Assembly (NCBI GenBank): GCA_039809385.1
Contig: JBDHUY010000003.1
Span: 32,001 to 96,000 of the forward strand
Direction of reading: 5' to 3'
Source of the DNA: Candidatus Altimarinota bacterium
GTDB lineage: Bacteria; Patescibacteriota; Gracilibacteria; JBDHUY01
Length of the DNA: 64,000 bases
In this document: piece by piece, positions 1 to 10,528 of the stretch
How positions within the stretch are numbered: the stretch's first letter is position 1
Layout: each line of letters begins with the position of its first letter
Notes under the pieces: generated by a model
What the model saw: the letters and a program-made list of their open reading frames with translations, nothing else
What the model was told of the DNA's origin: nothing
The model's database searches: none
Program-made: the position numbers and the translations under genes

Positions 1-508
1 GCTCGATCAGGGCAATACTGAGTTATTGCGCGGCAAAATCCGGGAGATCCTGGATATTTTGCAGGAACGCGAAAAGACCGATATAATTTTTGAAAAAGAG
101 CAAGTGCTCGATCAGATTCTGGTAGACAGCAAACAGCAACGGGCAGCCGTGAAAACCGAGGCCGAGGAGTTGGCCCAGCATACGTTCAATCATTTTTTCA
201 ACCTGACATTGACGGAAGTTCAGATTCTGTCGCGTTGGCTGATCTTGTTTTATGCTCTGTTTCTGGTAATAGCCCACGTGGCAGTCAGCAAAAGTCTTGT
301 TTTTTTCGGGATGGATTTTTTCGGAAAGACGATTGCCGATCCCTTGTTATACCGGATTGCATTGGTCGTCCTGCTGGTTCAACTAGTCGCTTCGTTCAAA
401 CTCGCTTTCTTTAAGGCCGCGGCATGGCCGGGTATTTTGATGGGGATTCTGACGGTTGTGATTGCTTTATGGGTCTTTCTGATCGGTCCGGGGATGATTG
501 TCGCGTAA
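1..508 (+). CDS. Membrane protein of unknown function, 5'-partial
   Basis: The frame is open from the window edge (LDQGNTELLRGKIRE...). The C-terminal part has about three hydrophobic helices. Confidence 0.7.
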   Translation, partial: LDQGNTELLRGKIREILDILQEREKTDIIFEKEQVLDQILVDSKQQRAAVKTEAEELAQHTFNHFFNLTLTEVQILSRWLILFYALFLVIAHVAVSKSLVFFGMDFFGKTIADPLLYRIALVVLLVQLVASFKLAFFKAAAWPGILMGILTVVIALWVFLIGPGMIVA

Positions 509-596
509 TATCTTTCCAGAGGTTACACTCTTTTCCCCCTTAGCCTTGTCGATTTTGCTATTTTGAGGATAATAACAACATCAGAAGTATCATAAC

Positions 597-681
597 GCCG
601 GGATGGTGAAATTGGTAGACACGCAGGACTTAGAATCCTGTGGAGCAATCCGTGGGAGTTCAAGTCTCCCTCCCGGCACCA
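597..681 (+). tRNA. tRNA-Leu(TAG)
   Basis: GCCGGGA/TCCCGGC acceptor stem, anticodon arm CAGGA-CT TAG AA-TCCTG, long variable arm, GTTCAAG T-loop, encoded CCA. Confidence 0.97.
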
Positions 682-735
682 GCAGGTTGAAAAAGATATC
701 GCTACATTTTGACAATCTTCTTACGATATATATTT

Positions 736-1233
736 ATGCAACGCGTTTTTTCTCAGACATTCGGTGTAGTCGGAGCCATTTTGGAAAAAGATGGAAAAAT
801 TTTGCTAGTGCGCGAATCGCAAGCGTTTGCTTCCGGTCCCGGCCCCGACCATGGTAAATGGAGCCATCCGGCCGGGTGGATCGACGTCGGCGAAGATCCG
901 GTCGAAGCTGTCAAGCGTGAAGTTTTGGAAGAGTCCGGCTTTGTATTTACCCCGCAACATATTCTGGGGATATACTCGCTGGTACGTCGGGATATCGAAA
1001 AGAAGCTTGAGGCTACTCCTCATGCCCTGAAGATTATATTTAGCGGGACAATTCCGGATCACTCCCAAAAATCCCTGGCCGATGACGTCAGCGAAATCGG
1101 ATGGTTTTCTCCGGAAGAGATTTATGCTATGGACGCGGAAACTCTGCGCGATGTCGATATTAAACAAATCGTGCGAGACTATACGAACGGCAAAAAATAT
1201 CCACTGGATGTTTTACGGCATACTGTAGCATAA
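736..1233 (+). CDS. NUDIX hydrolase
   Basis: Nudix box GWIDVGEDPVEAVKREVLEESG. ATG at 736 chosen as start. Confidence 0.9.
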   Translation: MQRVFSQTFGVVGAILEKDGKILLVRESQAFASGPGPDHGKWSHPAGWIDVGEDPVEAVKREVLEESGFVFTPQHILGIYSLVRRDIEKKLEATPHALKIIFSGTIPDHSQKSLADDVSEIGWFSPEEIYAMDAETLRDVDIKQIVRDYTNGKKYPLDVLRHTVA

Positions 1234-1261
1234 ATCTCTTTGAAATCTTTCAAAATAACCG

Positions 1262-3673
1262 CTAGGGCGTTCGTTTCACATATCCGCCCAGTTCCAGGAG
1301 AGCCGATTCCGATCTTCGGGTATTGAAATGAAACGGCGCAATTTCCGGAGGAATGCTTGCTGTTTTTTCATCGAGAGCTTCGAAATAGAGCATGATTCTT
1401 TCGGTCGTTTCGACCGGCGGGGTCACGCTCAATCGAACCGTGTCGTTCCATATCCCTGAATTCAAGATTCCGATAAAATAGTAATTGCTTTTTCTCAGGC
1501 GCGGGAGCATATCACGTATATAATCATCTTTTTGTTGTTCTGAAAGTCCCAGCCGCTCCAGTAGGTCATTACGTAAAAAAGTATTGAGTCCTTCATACTC
1601 TATAACATATCCGTTCCGCGGACGTGTGAAATCTTTTCCGGTATCCAATGTAAATTCATAAAAAAGGTGTCGAATGTTCTGAAATATATCTGGTACAAAA
1701 GGTACTGAGATTCTGCCGGATGCGTCAGCTGTGATATCCCACCGAATCCGCTCATTAGTCTCAGCGGAATATGCTGCTGGTGACGTAAAACGAATCTGTC
1801 CGGCCATGTTTTCTAAAAAAACGGTATACAAAGATGCTTGTCTCGAATACAAGTAGATAAGAGGTGATTGAGGTGTCATAAATGTCAGTTCTACATGTTC
1901 TCCGGTACAATCCAGAACGCACTGGTGAGTTGACTGCGCAGCGTAAGTATTGGCTAACTGTACTACGCCCGGGGCGGCGAACAAGTCTTCGACGCTGACC
2001 GGAGTTGTATTACTGAAATCGTTACAGAAGCTTGCTCGATTCTGTGCGTAGGTCTCTTCATATAAACGAGTGGCATCAAGGAGTAGCGGCAATGTGTCTA
2101 CTATATATGCAATAGTAGGATATCGGATGCCAAAATCATCCGGTAGATGTTTTGTACACACTTTCTGAGCCTTGATTTCGTCAAACCGTAACGAGAGTTT
2201 CTCCTGGTTCTCTCCCGTGTTGCTGTCATTGTAATTTTTACCTGCTTCGAATCCGTCTTCACAACGAGCAAAGAGCCAATCCAGAGCGCCAACAACAGAC
2301 TGAATCGATTCATCGCTGTTTTTCTGACACCAGTACTGAATTATTTTACTGCGTATAGCTGTTTTTTTGCGCTCAATGTCACTGCGGATACTGTCGGTCG
2401 GTACAACCACGACCGAAAGGCTTCGTCCTTTTTTGGGTACAGTACTTCTGGTTGTTGGTTCAGTGCTGCAGGCGCCGTTTGACATTACGGCGTAGAACGA
2501 ATCGTCGAACTCGCCAGATTGTCCTTGAACGCCGCTCAAACTTCTACGATCTCCGCAAAAGTGAGTATAAATACCCCGATATGCCGGGTTACAGGTCCCT
2601 TGCAATGCTTGTCCCGACTGACACATTGTGTTCTCAGGCTGACGTTGGTTTAAGTTTGAATTTTGCTGTACCGGTGGAGATGGGCGTGTTTGATTCGTAT
2701 TCCGATTGATACGAGGATCATTATTACTCTGGGGAGGAGTAAGTGCTTCGTTTTTATTTACGTTGTCCTTAGGAATATCGGCTATAGGGTTACCGCAGCT
2801 GCTCAGATCGAGTTGTTGTCCTCTATTCCAGAATACCATACTTGTTTTATCCTCGAACGCTTGTTCCAGATCGGCGACTCCGATCTTTTGACCCATTCGA
2901 CCAAAATACCCTCGTAATCGATATACTCCAGGTGCAAATTCTCCCAGGGTGTATGTTGCCCGGCCTTGTTTATCGAGGACAATGGTTTCATCTCGGATAA
3001 TCTCTCCGCGGCTTTCATCTTCAAGGATCATGAGTACGGTATGTCCCGGAAGTCCCCGTACATTATAAGTCACGCTTTCTCCTCTACACAAATCTCCCAT
3101 TTCGATACGATTCAAAATAGCCCAGCCGTATTCTACGAAAAAATACGGACTTTGTTTGTCGGACATAATCCGCAAACTTTCGTTTTCTCTGGGCACACTA
3201 TCAATCGGATAACGTGCCGAGAGCTGGTAGCGGAGATAGTCTTGTCCCATTAGGCCGTTTTTATTCGACAAGAGATCTTGGCCTTCTTGTGTTACAGAGC
3301 CGTTTTCAAATAACGTTATGCGCATATGTTCTTCCCGGGGAGCAATATACTTTTTTTCGATTAACGTTTTTGGAATATCTCCTTCGGTGATTCCTAGAAT
3401 ATTCATAGAAACTTCTTTCCCTGCCGGAGCAATAAAGTCTAGCAAAACTTCTCCTCCGTTATCCTCACAGGAGAAAGGGGTGTTGTTGCTGGCGACTTGT
3501 TCGTTTTTCAGAAAACATTCTCTCAGTTTTTCTCCCTGAAAGAGATAGTGGGTTTCAGGCGCTGGTCTCAGAATGGTCGCTGGCAATTCCTGGGCGCGTG
3601 CGATTTGCGTTCCCGGTATCAGCAGAATACTGATTGCAAACAGGCTGGTATACCAGGGAGAAAAGTTGTTCAT
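1262..3673 (-). CDS. Secreted Cys-containing 803-aa protein, paralog of the adjacent upstream gene
   Basis: Signal peptide, N/Q-rich linker, and a C-terminal PLIYLY...RIMLYFE...LLELGG domain. Collinear motifs with 3685..5994. Confidence 0.8.
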   Translation of the reverse strand: MNNFSPWYTSLFAISILLIPGTQIARAQELPATILRPAPETHYLFQGEKLRECFLKNEQVASNNTPFSCEDNGGEVLLDFIAPAGKEVSMNILGITEGDIPKTLIEKKYIAPREEHMRITLFENGSVTQEGQDLLSNKNGLMGQDYLRYQLSARYPIDSVPRENESLRIMSDKQSPYFFVEYGWAILNRIEMGDLCRGESVTYNVRGLPGHTVLMILEDESRGEIIRDETIVLDKQGRATYTLGEFAPGVYRLRGYFGRMGQKIGVADLEQAFEDKTSMVFWNRGQQLDLSSCGNPIADIPKDNVNKNEALTPPQSNNDPRINRNTNQTRPSPPVQQNSNLNQRQPENTMCQSGQALQGTCNPAYRGIYTHFCGDRRSLSGVQGQSGEFDDSFYAVMSNGACSTEPTTRSTVPKKGRSLSVVVVPTDSIRSDIERKKTAIRSKIIQYWCQKNSDESIQSVVGALDWLFARCEDGFEAGKNYNDSNTGENQEKLSLRFDEIKAQKVCTKHLPDDFGIRYPTIAYIVDTLPLLLDATRLYEETYAQNRASFCNDFSNTTPVSVEDLFAAPGVVQLANTYAAQSTHQCVLDCTGEHVELTFMTPQSPLIYLYSRQASLYTVFLENMAGQIRFTSPAAYSAETNERIRWDITADASGRISVPFVPDIFQNIRHLFYEFTLDTGKDFTRPRNGYVIEYEGLNTFLRNDLLERLGLSEQQKDDYIRDMLPRLRKSNYYFIGILNSGIWNDTVRLSVTPPVETTERIMLYFEALDEKTASIPPEIAPFHFNTRRSESALLELGGYVKRTP

Positions 3674-3684
3674 GATTGGCTTTT

Positions 3685-5994
3685 TTATGAGTTGAATAAG
3701 GCGCCGATTTCTACCAGCGTCGAATCCTGTTTTTGAGGATCTGCCTGCCAGGGTGACAGGTCTGGCGCTTGGATCTCGTATTTTTTATTATGCCCGGGCA
3801 TTTTTTCGATATACAACATAACCCGATTGATCCGTCCGGGGAGCGGAGAAACTTGTAACGGAAGTAATGTATCTACTTCCCGAGCGGGGATCAATCCGAT
3901 AAAATAGTCGCTATCTTGTTCAAATTGCGGAGCTATCTCGTTCCAAAATTTATCGGTATGCCGTGGGTTAAATCCAAACTGTGGCAGCAGTTTCGCTTTC
4001 AGGAACTTTTCTACCTCGCTGCTGTTCTTCATAAATCCCTGTTCAGGTTTCCTAAACGTCGCCTGATTCAGGAAGGTGAAATGATAGGTCAGAGCATTAT
4101 AACTCGAAGACAACCAGTCGAGCTGGCTGTCGTGCGATGCTAAAGTCTTGGAAAGCAGGTTTGCCAGATCGGAATATTGGTTTTTCCTGACTCCGCCTTC
4201 CGGTGTTCCCCGTATTGTCCACTCCATGCGATTCGTGGTTTTCATATCTGCGGACGGAAAATCGTGCGAGAGTATGCCTCCTTTATTGGCAATTCCGATG
4301 GTATAGGATGTATCTGTCGTATCGTAAACTCCGATTACCGGGTCCGAAGCCGTTATCTGGTTGAGCTGGATCACAACACCGCCGTCGCATACCAGATCTT
4401 GGCCCTGACTCGTCCAGGCATTGCGGGTATTGAGCCAGAAAAGCATCTCGGAACTGGGCGCGCTGATTCCTTCGAATTGCCGGCAGAAGCTGGCACGATC
4501 ACTGCCAAATTCTCCTTCCAGCCAGTTGACCTGAGCGATTTGTAAAATTCCCTGAAATCCTGCATTGGCACCTTCGGTCGAGAAGTAAAATTCCACATCG
4601 CCGTTGATATTCAGGTTAGCGTTAAAATCGTCGCCCGGTTTGACCCGGCATTTCATACCGGCTCTTATATCTTTGTAGGCCAGATTCCCGGAAGCTCCGT
4701 CGCATGATTCGAATTGGTGCGTGAGGTTGCTGACCGAATCGCGGATATTTCCTGCAGGATTTTCCAGACTGTTACACCAGTAGAGACCGGTCGTGCTCCA
4801 GACAATCCGCATGATGTTGAAGTCCGAAAAAGCCTGATTTCCGCCGATCACAACCTGGTTGATCCGGTTCAGGTTTGGTCTAAAGGGATTATTTGGGTCG
4901 CGACCTCGATTATTATTATTGTTGTTGACGTTGCCATTCCCATTGGAATTGCACTGTCCCGATACGAACTGCGAATTGTTGTTGCCTACGGGTTGTAAAT
5001 TGCACAATTGTACGTTTTGATTGCCATTCCGGCTTTGACAATTGAGACTCTGCCCGGGCTGAATCACCGCGCAGGCTCCGATGGTGACCGTGATTCCGGG
5101 ATTTTTTTCTACCAGGCTTTGGGGATTGTTCAACAGGTTCTCGATATCGCCGGGACCGATCCGGCTTCCCTCGTGGCCGAAAAAAGCCACTGCCCGGTAA
5201 TTACCCGGTGCCGGGTTCAGGTCCGAAAAAGAGAATGCGGCTTTGCCCTGCTCGTCGCTCAGTGTGACACTCGACGTTGCGACGACTTCGTTTCCCCCTT
5301 CCCGTAATAAAGCTACTACGACAGGTAAATTCTTTCCGGGAACTTGTACGCTGAGGTTGAGCGGATCAACCTGGTTGTTGACACAGGTTAATTGCTGATT
5401 GCCCGATATGGTTCCCCAGCCCGGGGGTACCAGAAATTCGGGAGCGGCGGTTTGCGGGGAAGTAATGATCAGAGAATTTCCTTCGGTTTCGGCGCTGGCA
5501 ATCGGACAAGTGGCAGTCAGCCGATAACGTTCAAAGGTTGTATCGATCATGCCCTGGGGGCCCGTAAAGTAGCTTTCCAGATTGGCCGTGTTCAATTGTC
5601 CGTTTTCCACGAAAGGGATCTTGATATGGTCGGGAGAACCAGGTTGAAACGGCATTTCCATGCTTTGCACAAGTTGCGGCGCTTCGCCTTCGCGCAGTCC
5701 TTCGATTTTTAGTGTTAACGTATGGTCGGTGCATCCGACGGGTTTCAGGATATCGAATTCCAGCTGGGTTGCGGTGCGGCAGTTTCTTTCTACCGAAAAA
5801 TCGAGGTGATCATTCCGGTTGCTTTGAAACGAGCATTGTTTCAGCATCCCTTGTTCGAACAGGTAGACGCTGTTCCACTCGGGCTGGAAGATGCGGGCAT
5901 ATTTTATCTGCTCGTCCGCTTCGGCCTTTCCGCTTGCGACCGCCAGCAGTCCCAAAACTATGAGAGGAACCAAAAGTAATTTTTGTTTTGGCAT
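3685..5994 (-). CDS. Secreted Cys-containing protein, paralog of 1262..3673
   Basis: Likely start MPKQKLLL at 5994, just after the upstream stop at 5999. Signal peptide and Asn-rich linker. Shared motifs RASFC, RVMLYIE, LVEIGA. Confidence 0.8.
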   Translation of the reverse strand: MPKQKLLLVPLIVLGLLAVASGKAEADEQIKYARIFQPEWNSVYLFEQGMLKQCSFQSNRNDHLDFSVERNCRTATQLEFDILKPVGCTDHTLTLKIEGLREGEAPQLVQSMEMPFQPGSPDHIKIPFVENGQLNTANLESYFTGPQGMIDTTFERYRLTATCPIASAETEGNSLIITSPQTAAPEFLVPPGWGTISGNQQLTCVNNQVDPLNLSVQVPGKNLPVVVALLREGGNEVVATSSVTLSDEQGKAAFSFSDLNPAPGNYRAVAFFGHEGSRIGPGDIENLLNNPQSLVEKNPGITVTIGACAVIQPGQSLNCQSRNGNQNVQLCNLQPVGNNNSQFVSGQCNSNGNGNVNNNNNNRGRDPNNPFRPNLNRINQVVIGGNQAFSDFNIMRIVWSTTGLYWCNSLENPAGNIRDSVSNLTHQFESCDGASGNLAYKDIRAGMKCRVKPGDDFNANLNINGDVEFYFSTEGANAGFQGILQIAQVNWLEGEFGSDRASFCRQFEGISAPSSEMLFWLNTRNAWTSQGQDLVCDGGVVIQLNQITASDPVIGVYDTTDTSYTIGIANKGGILSHDFPSADMKTTNRMEWTIRGTPEGGVRKNQYSDLANLLSKTLASHDSQLDWLSSSYNALTYHFTFLNQATFRKPEQGFMKNSSEVEKFLKAKLLPQFGFNPRHTDKFWNEIAPQFEQDSDYFIGLIPAREVDTLLPLQVSPLPGRINRVMLYIEKMPGHNKKYEIQAPDLSPWQADPQKQDSTLVEIGALFNS

Positions 5995-5998
5995 ATGT

Positions 5999-6727
5999 TC
6001 AGATTTTTGAAATAGTATATTTTTTAAGAAATGGAATGGCCAGAAGACGTAATACGCCGTACCCAATGAGAATGTTGATAAAAAAATGTAATATGGCCGT
6101 TTTCTGTGATCTGCTTTCTATCGTTGTCATAGGCTCCGCTGATACACAATCGCAAGCCAATACTATTCCCCTTACATAAGGCGTCGCTCCTTTATATAAA
6201 AAGGGTAAGGGATATCCTACATAATTATCGAAATTTGTCATTCCGCTGCAATTACAGGAAAAACCGGACTCAATATTACGCGGCATAATCATTGCTATGG
6301 AGAGTATTATGACAGCACTGACTCCCATGAACCAATAGGTTACAGTGGTTTGATTACGTTTGTGATCACGCATTATCCACGGACCGATCAGCAGTAATGT
6401 GATGACCAGATAAAAGTGTGACATTGATAGTCCTTCCACTAGCATGATACTGGCATATATAAGCACAAGGCTTACTACGACTGAAAGGATAAAAATAATA
6501 AAATGTGCCGTTGGTCCAAGTTTTTCTTTTTTTCTGGTATAAATATGTTGTATCCATACATCCAAGATCCCTGACATAAGCAGTACCAACAATCCTGCAA
6601 ATCCCCAAAAAATGATCGGTACAATGAACAGCTGTATTTCTATGGGAGTGAACGTTACTATTCCCCAGGTGGACAACAGGAGAATCAGTATCAGAACATA
6701 GATCACGCGGTTGATTGAGTTTATCAT
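5999..6727 (-). CDS. Multi-pass membrane protein of unknown function
   Basis: Five to six hydrophobic helices and a Cys-containing loop (CNC, GYPLPF, CDC). Tightly packed in the operon. Confidence 0.7.
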   Translation of the reverse strand: MINSINRVIYVLILILLLSTWGIVTFTPIEIQLFIVPIIFWGFAGLLVLLMSGILDVWIQHIYTRKKEKLGPTAHFIIFILSVVVSLVLIYASIMLVEGLSMSHFYLVITLLLIGPWIMRDHKRNQTTVTYWFMGVSAVIILSIAMIMPRNIESGFSCNCSGMTNFDNYVGYPLPFLYKGATPYVRGIVLACDCVSAEPMTTIESRSQKTAILHFFINILIGYGVLRLLAIPFLKKYTISKI

Positions 6728-6764
6728 AGTGGAATTTCGGCTGTTTTTAGATATTGGTCTTCTT

Positions 6765-8540
6765 TCATGGAGCTTCTTTCATCGCATTCACCGCCACGAT
6801 ATAGTTGACCAGGTAGCCGCTCTCCAGCTTGGTCTCTCCGCGGAACAGATAGGCGGGCGTCAGATACTCCTGGGAGAAAAACAGCGGTTTGTAGATATAG
6901 GCCAGAAAGACATCGTCTACCCGCACCGTAGTAGCCGTAGCTTTGTTGGCCGGAAAAATCTGCTCCTGGGTGATTGAGGCGGGTGTGTCGGGACTTGGCA
7001 ATACGAAACCCAAAATTCCTTTGCCGCTGTTCAGATCTTTGAGTGCTTCGTCGGCTTTTTTCAGTGGCACGGCGGGCAAGGTACTCTTCACGCGACGATG
7101 GTTATATTCTACTCCAATCAGTTTGCCCTTCTGGCTGATCTCGGCAGTAATCGTATTGAAGTCATTGGGACGGCTGTATCCGTCTGTGTTATCGCTAGTA
7201 TTGACGATGCTTGGATCTTGTAACAAATTCTCACTCGACGGCGCTTCGGACGGATCGCCCGCGATCGAACCGATATTGTTCAGGATCTGCAGACCGTTCA
7301 GTTTGGGAGGCATGCCCGTATTGGGGTCGCCGGTATGGATTTCCACAAACAGGCTGGGACGTCCCTGCTTCTGATACGTTTCGGGTTTCAGATACGCTCC
7401 TTCCAGCAGTTTATTTTTTTTCAGGAACGAGAGCGTCGTATCGATCGCCTTACTTGTATCGACCTGCGCTGTTCTTACTTTTTCCGATGACCCGCCCGCG
7501 CCGGGTTGCGACATCAGCCAGTAATCGGTATCGTAGTATTTGAACGATCCCGAAAGTTTTTTGACTTCCAGAACCTTACCGCTTTTATCCTCGATCACAT
7601 AGGTTTCGGGGTCTCGTTTGCGTGCTCGTTCTTTCATTTCGAATGCTTTTCCCAATTCTTCCACATCCGCATAGCTGAGGTTTGCATAGTACCGGTACAG
7701 AGGAACGGTCGAAGAAGGCGGAGTCGGCAGATCATTAGTGAACAGCTGATAGCCGACAAAATCGATTGCAGGACTTTGGAGTGCAGCGGTGGCTGGTTGG
7801 GGTTCAGTGGTGACTGGATCCTGTCCGGCCAGATCGCGTGAAGCGTTCTTAATGACCGTAGCAGTATCGGGCGGGGGAGTCAGCTGGTTTTCTTTTTTGA
7901 GCGCGGCGGCTTTTTCCCCTGCCAGCACGAGCAGGTCTTTGCAACCCGTCTCGTTTTTTTGCGACAAAACTTTTTTGTGTAAAACAAGATCCTGACGTTT
8001 CTTCAGGTCAGTCACATAGTCCGGACTGGCCAGATTGGCTATCTCGTTTTCATATTGCCAGGGCGTTTTTTTAACCTCCTCGGCAGTGGCGCCGTTAAAC
8101 AAATCGCCTGCCAGCTGGTCGCACGTTTTTGTCTGAAAGGCTTTTTCCATGTTGTCTGCTTGCGAGGCGTATGCCGTCAATTCGTTTACAATGGTCAAAG
8201 CGGTCTGGTCACCCTGAGCGGCTTTCTGCTCGATGAAACGTCGTACCGAACGGAGCTTGTCGGCCTTTTGCGTATCTGAAAGGTAGCTTGCATACGTAAA
8301 TTCGTATAAAGCTTGTTCTTTGGTGGCGGGATTGCTAAAGAGAGTACGCATTTCATCCAGCGTGCCAGAGGAAAAAGACCCGCCTGTGTCGGTTTTAGTA
8401 TCTGTCTTAGGATTACTCCCGTTTCCGGTAGTGTTACTACCCGGATTTCCTCTCATTGCGACTGCTATGACAAGGGCGATCAGGATAAGAACCGCGACGG
8501 TAATGCCGCCGATTATAAACACCTTTTTATCTGGTTTCAT
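6765..8540 (-). CDS. Membrane-anchored extracellular protein, 591 aa
   Basis: N-terminal TM helix, G/S/T/N linker, C-terminal LAYIY...YLTPAYLFRG...VAVNA region. Confidence 0.8.
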   Translation of the reverse strand: MKPDKKVFIIGGITVAVLILIALVIAVAMRGNPGSNTTGNGSNPKTDTKTDTGGSFSSGTLDEMRTLFSNPATKEQALYEFTYASYLSDTQKADKLRSVRRFIEQKAAQGDQTALTIVNELTAYASQADNMEKAFQTKTCDQLAGDLFNGATAEEVKKTPWQYENEIANLASPDYVTDLKKRQDLVLHKKVLSQKNETGCKDLLVLAGEKAAALKKENQLTPPPDTATVIKNASRDLAGQDPVTTEPQPATAALQSPAIDFVGYQLFTNDLPTPPSSTVPLYRYYANLSYADVEELGKAFEMKERARKRDPETYVIEDKSGKVLEVKKLSGSFKYYDTDYWLMSQPGAGGSSEKVRTAQVDTSKAIDTTLSFLKKNKLLEGAYLKPETYQKQGRPSLFVEIHTGDPNTGMPPKLNGLQILNNIGSIAGDPSEAPSSENLLQDPSIVNTSDNTDGYSRPNDFNTITAEISQKGKLIGVEYNHRRVKSTLPAVPLKKADEALKDLNSGKGILGFVLPSPDTPASITQEQIFPANKATATTVRVDDVFLAYIYKPLFFSQEYLTPAYLFRGETKLESGYLVNYIVAVNAMKEAP

Positions 8541-8747
8541 AACGTTCCGACTGGTTAGAAAGTAAGTCCCGTCTTTCTCCTTTGATGGCGGGCTTCAGAT
8601 AAGTATAGCACTGCTACCTTGATTTGAGCAAAAAAACCAATTTTACGTTAATTCTTTATAAATAGTAGATAGTGTCAATAAAAATAGTTGACATTATTAA
8701 AGTTGGATATAGAACATAGCCTTTTATTCATTAAATTATTTTTCACT

Positions 8748-9491
8748 ATGAAAAATAGTATAGGTGGTACTTTGCGGAATCTTACACTTGCAGCCACGCT
8801 TGCTGCGGTTACTCATCATGTTTCGGCTGCGCCAGCAGCAGCAACAGATGGCTCGATTAGGGAGAGCCGGACTGATGTTGCAAGAGTTCTGAATCAGAAT
8901 CCATCAAACCAGCCTGCAGTTCGAAAAGATTCTCTTGAAAGTTCGAAAAATCAAAAAGAAATATTGCTAAACCCTCAACAGTTATCTTCTGAGCTAGATA
9001 AGAATCCACAGTGGATTCGTAACCTTGATATGAAAAATGTCCTTTCAGATGAAAAGTTTGTTAAAAAGTTCCTGTTAACCTATATCGACTACTCAGGACC
9101 GAATGAGTCTATAATAAAAGATTGGGTAGGGCGTATCATTCATGATATTGCATGGGCCAAATCTGGAGAAAAAAATGGGGTAATGTATCATCTAAATGTT
9201 GAAGGAGACGAGTTTTTCAAATCATTGCTGGCAAGAACGAATAAACATACAGATTCTTTTGTAATAAGCCAGATGTTGAGTTGCATTCATCATGACAATG
9301 CTTTCCGGGAAGCTCTTATCATCAATCTGGTTGAGAAAGGTGGGAGAGACATTGGTCTTGATGAAGCTGTTGCGCATTTCTTGCCTACTCAAAAATATAA
9401 AACTTTGTTGAACAGGTGGAGTAAAGATCCAAAAGTAGGAGATTTCATCAGGGGTATTTGTGAAAGAAAATTAAAGGGCGAACAATTTTAG
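8748..9491 (+). CDS. Hypothetical exported protein (AT-rich)
   Basis: Ala-rich signal-like N-terminus. Followed by an intrinsic terminator. Confidence 0.7.
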   Translation: MKNSIGGTLRNLTLAATLAAVTHHVSAAPAAATDGSIRESRTDVARVLNQNPSNQPAVRKDSLESSKNQKEILLNPQQLSSELDKNPQWIRNLDMKNVLSDEKFVKKFLLTYIDYSGPNESIIKDWVGRIIHDIAWAKSGEKNGVMYHLNVEGDEFFKSLLARTNKHTDSFVISQMLSCIHHDNAFREALIINLVEKGGRDIGLDEAVAHFLPTQKYKTLLNRWSKDPKVGDFIRGICERKLKGEQF

Positions 9492-9521
9492 GAGTTCTGA
9501 AAGTATTGGTAATGTTATCAG

Positions 9522-9556
9522 AAAGAGAGACCCATCTAAATGGCGTCTCTCTTTTT
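9522..9556 (+). terminator. Rho-independent terminator
   Basis: AAAGAGAGAC-CCAT...ATGG-C-GTCTCTCTTT hairpin ending in a T run. Confidence 0.7.
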
Positions 9557-9628
9557 AAAACATATATCTTTTTTGTTCTTGTTTTACATTATCCCCTTGT
9601 CTCTTCCTGCCAAAATGACAAAAGGCTA

Positions 9629-9658
9629 TTGAAGAAAAAAAGAGACTTGTGCTATAAT
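9629..9658 (+). promoter_or_regulatory. Sigma70-type promoter with extended -10
   Basis: TTGAAG-18 bp-TATAAT with TG-N before the -10, about 30 bp upstream of the ATG at 9687. Confidence 0.6.
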
Positions 9659-9686
9659 CAAACGAAGATATTACTTTTCTGTGTTT

Positions 9687-10490
9687 ATGACGAGCGAACA
9701 GATTCGCATTGTTATCCCATCCGATCTTCGGTTTTCCAACACTATTCGTAATTTCGTAGGAGACCTTCTCAAAGTTCTCGATGTTCAGGAATTGTGGGTA
9801 AATCGCATGATCCTGGTGATGGATGAACTCTTTATGAATGCCGTCAAATACGGCTCGAGCGGTATTCAGGATAATGTGTATGTAACGGTCGACCTGCTGG
9901 AAAACGAGGTCGTTTTTTATATAGAAGACATGGGAACAGGTATCAAAAAAGTAGACCCCGAAGACTTACACCAGATTATCGGCGTCAATCGCGACGATCC
10001 GTCGTTGGCTAAAACTTCGGGTCGGGGGTTGTCGATGATCGTTTCCAACTGGACCAATGGCTATAATATCGAAAAAAGTGAAAAAGGTGGGATAAAGATA
10101 ACTGTACGCAAGCAGCTGGAGGATATCGTCGAAAAACCCAAGAGCATGGAACAGGTCACGCTCGAATCGATGCCGGACGTAGCGGTAGTCAATTTCTCCG
10201 AGAAATTCGACGTTCACGATTCGGAGCGCGAAAAAACTTTGATCAGAGACGTTGAGGAATCGGACAAGGCCATGTTTATCTTTGATCTGCATCATCTGGA
10301 TTATGTCAATAGCGTTTTTATCGGACTATTAGCCAAATTGTTTAATATCATCTCCAAAAAGCAAGGCCGGGTTGTGATTATCAATATTTCTGATACGATC
10401 AAAGATGCATTGAAGTTAGTAGGGCTCACTGATATAATACCCGTCGTACAAAATCTGGAAGAGGCGCGTCACGCGCTAAGCGGCGTTTAG
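9687..10490 (+). CDS. RsbW/SpoIIAB-type anti-sigma kinase fused to a C-terminal STAS domain
   Basis: ELFMNAVKYG N-box, IEDMGTG, SGRGLSMI G-box. STAS motif FDLHHLDYVNSVFIG...LVGLTDIIP. Confidence 0.88.
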   Translation: MTSEQIRIVIPSDLRFSNTIRNFVGDLLKVLDVQELWVNRMILVMDELFMNAVKYGSSGIQDNVYVTVDLLENEVVFYIEDMGTGIKKVDPEDLHQIIGVNRDDPSLAKTSGRGLSMIVSNWTNGYNIEKSEKGGIKITVRKQLEDIVEKPKSMEQVTLESMPDVAVVNFSEKFDVHDSEREKTLIRDVEESDKAMFIFDLHHLDYVNSVFIGLLAKLFNIISKKQGRVVIINISDTIKDALKLVGLTDIIPVVQNLEEARHALSGV

Positions 10491-10528
10491 CAAACTTACT
10501 AATACTTTTGTTTCTTATCTTTGTTCTT

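Noticed and set aside
603-857. ORFs overlapping tRNA genes (603..857, 13300..13512, 35018..35518)
   Set aside because: They are translations of tRNA sequence, not plausible proteins.
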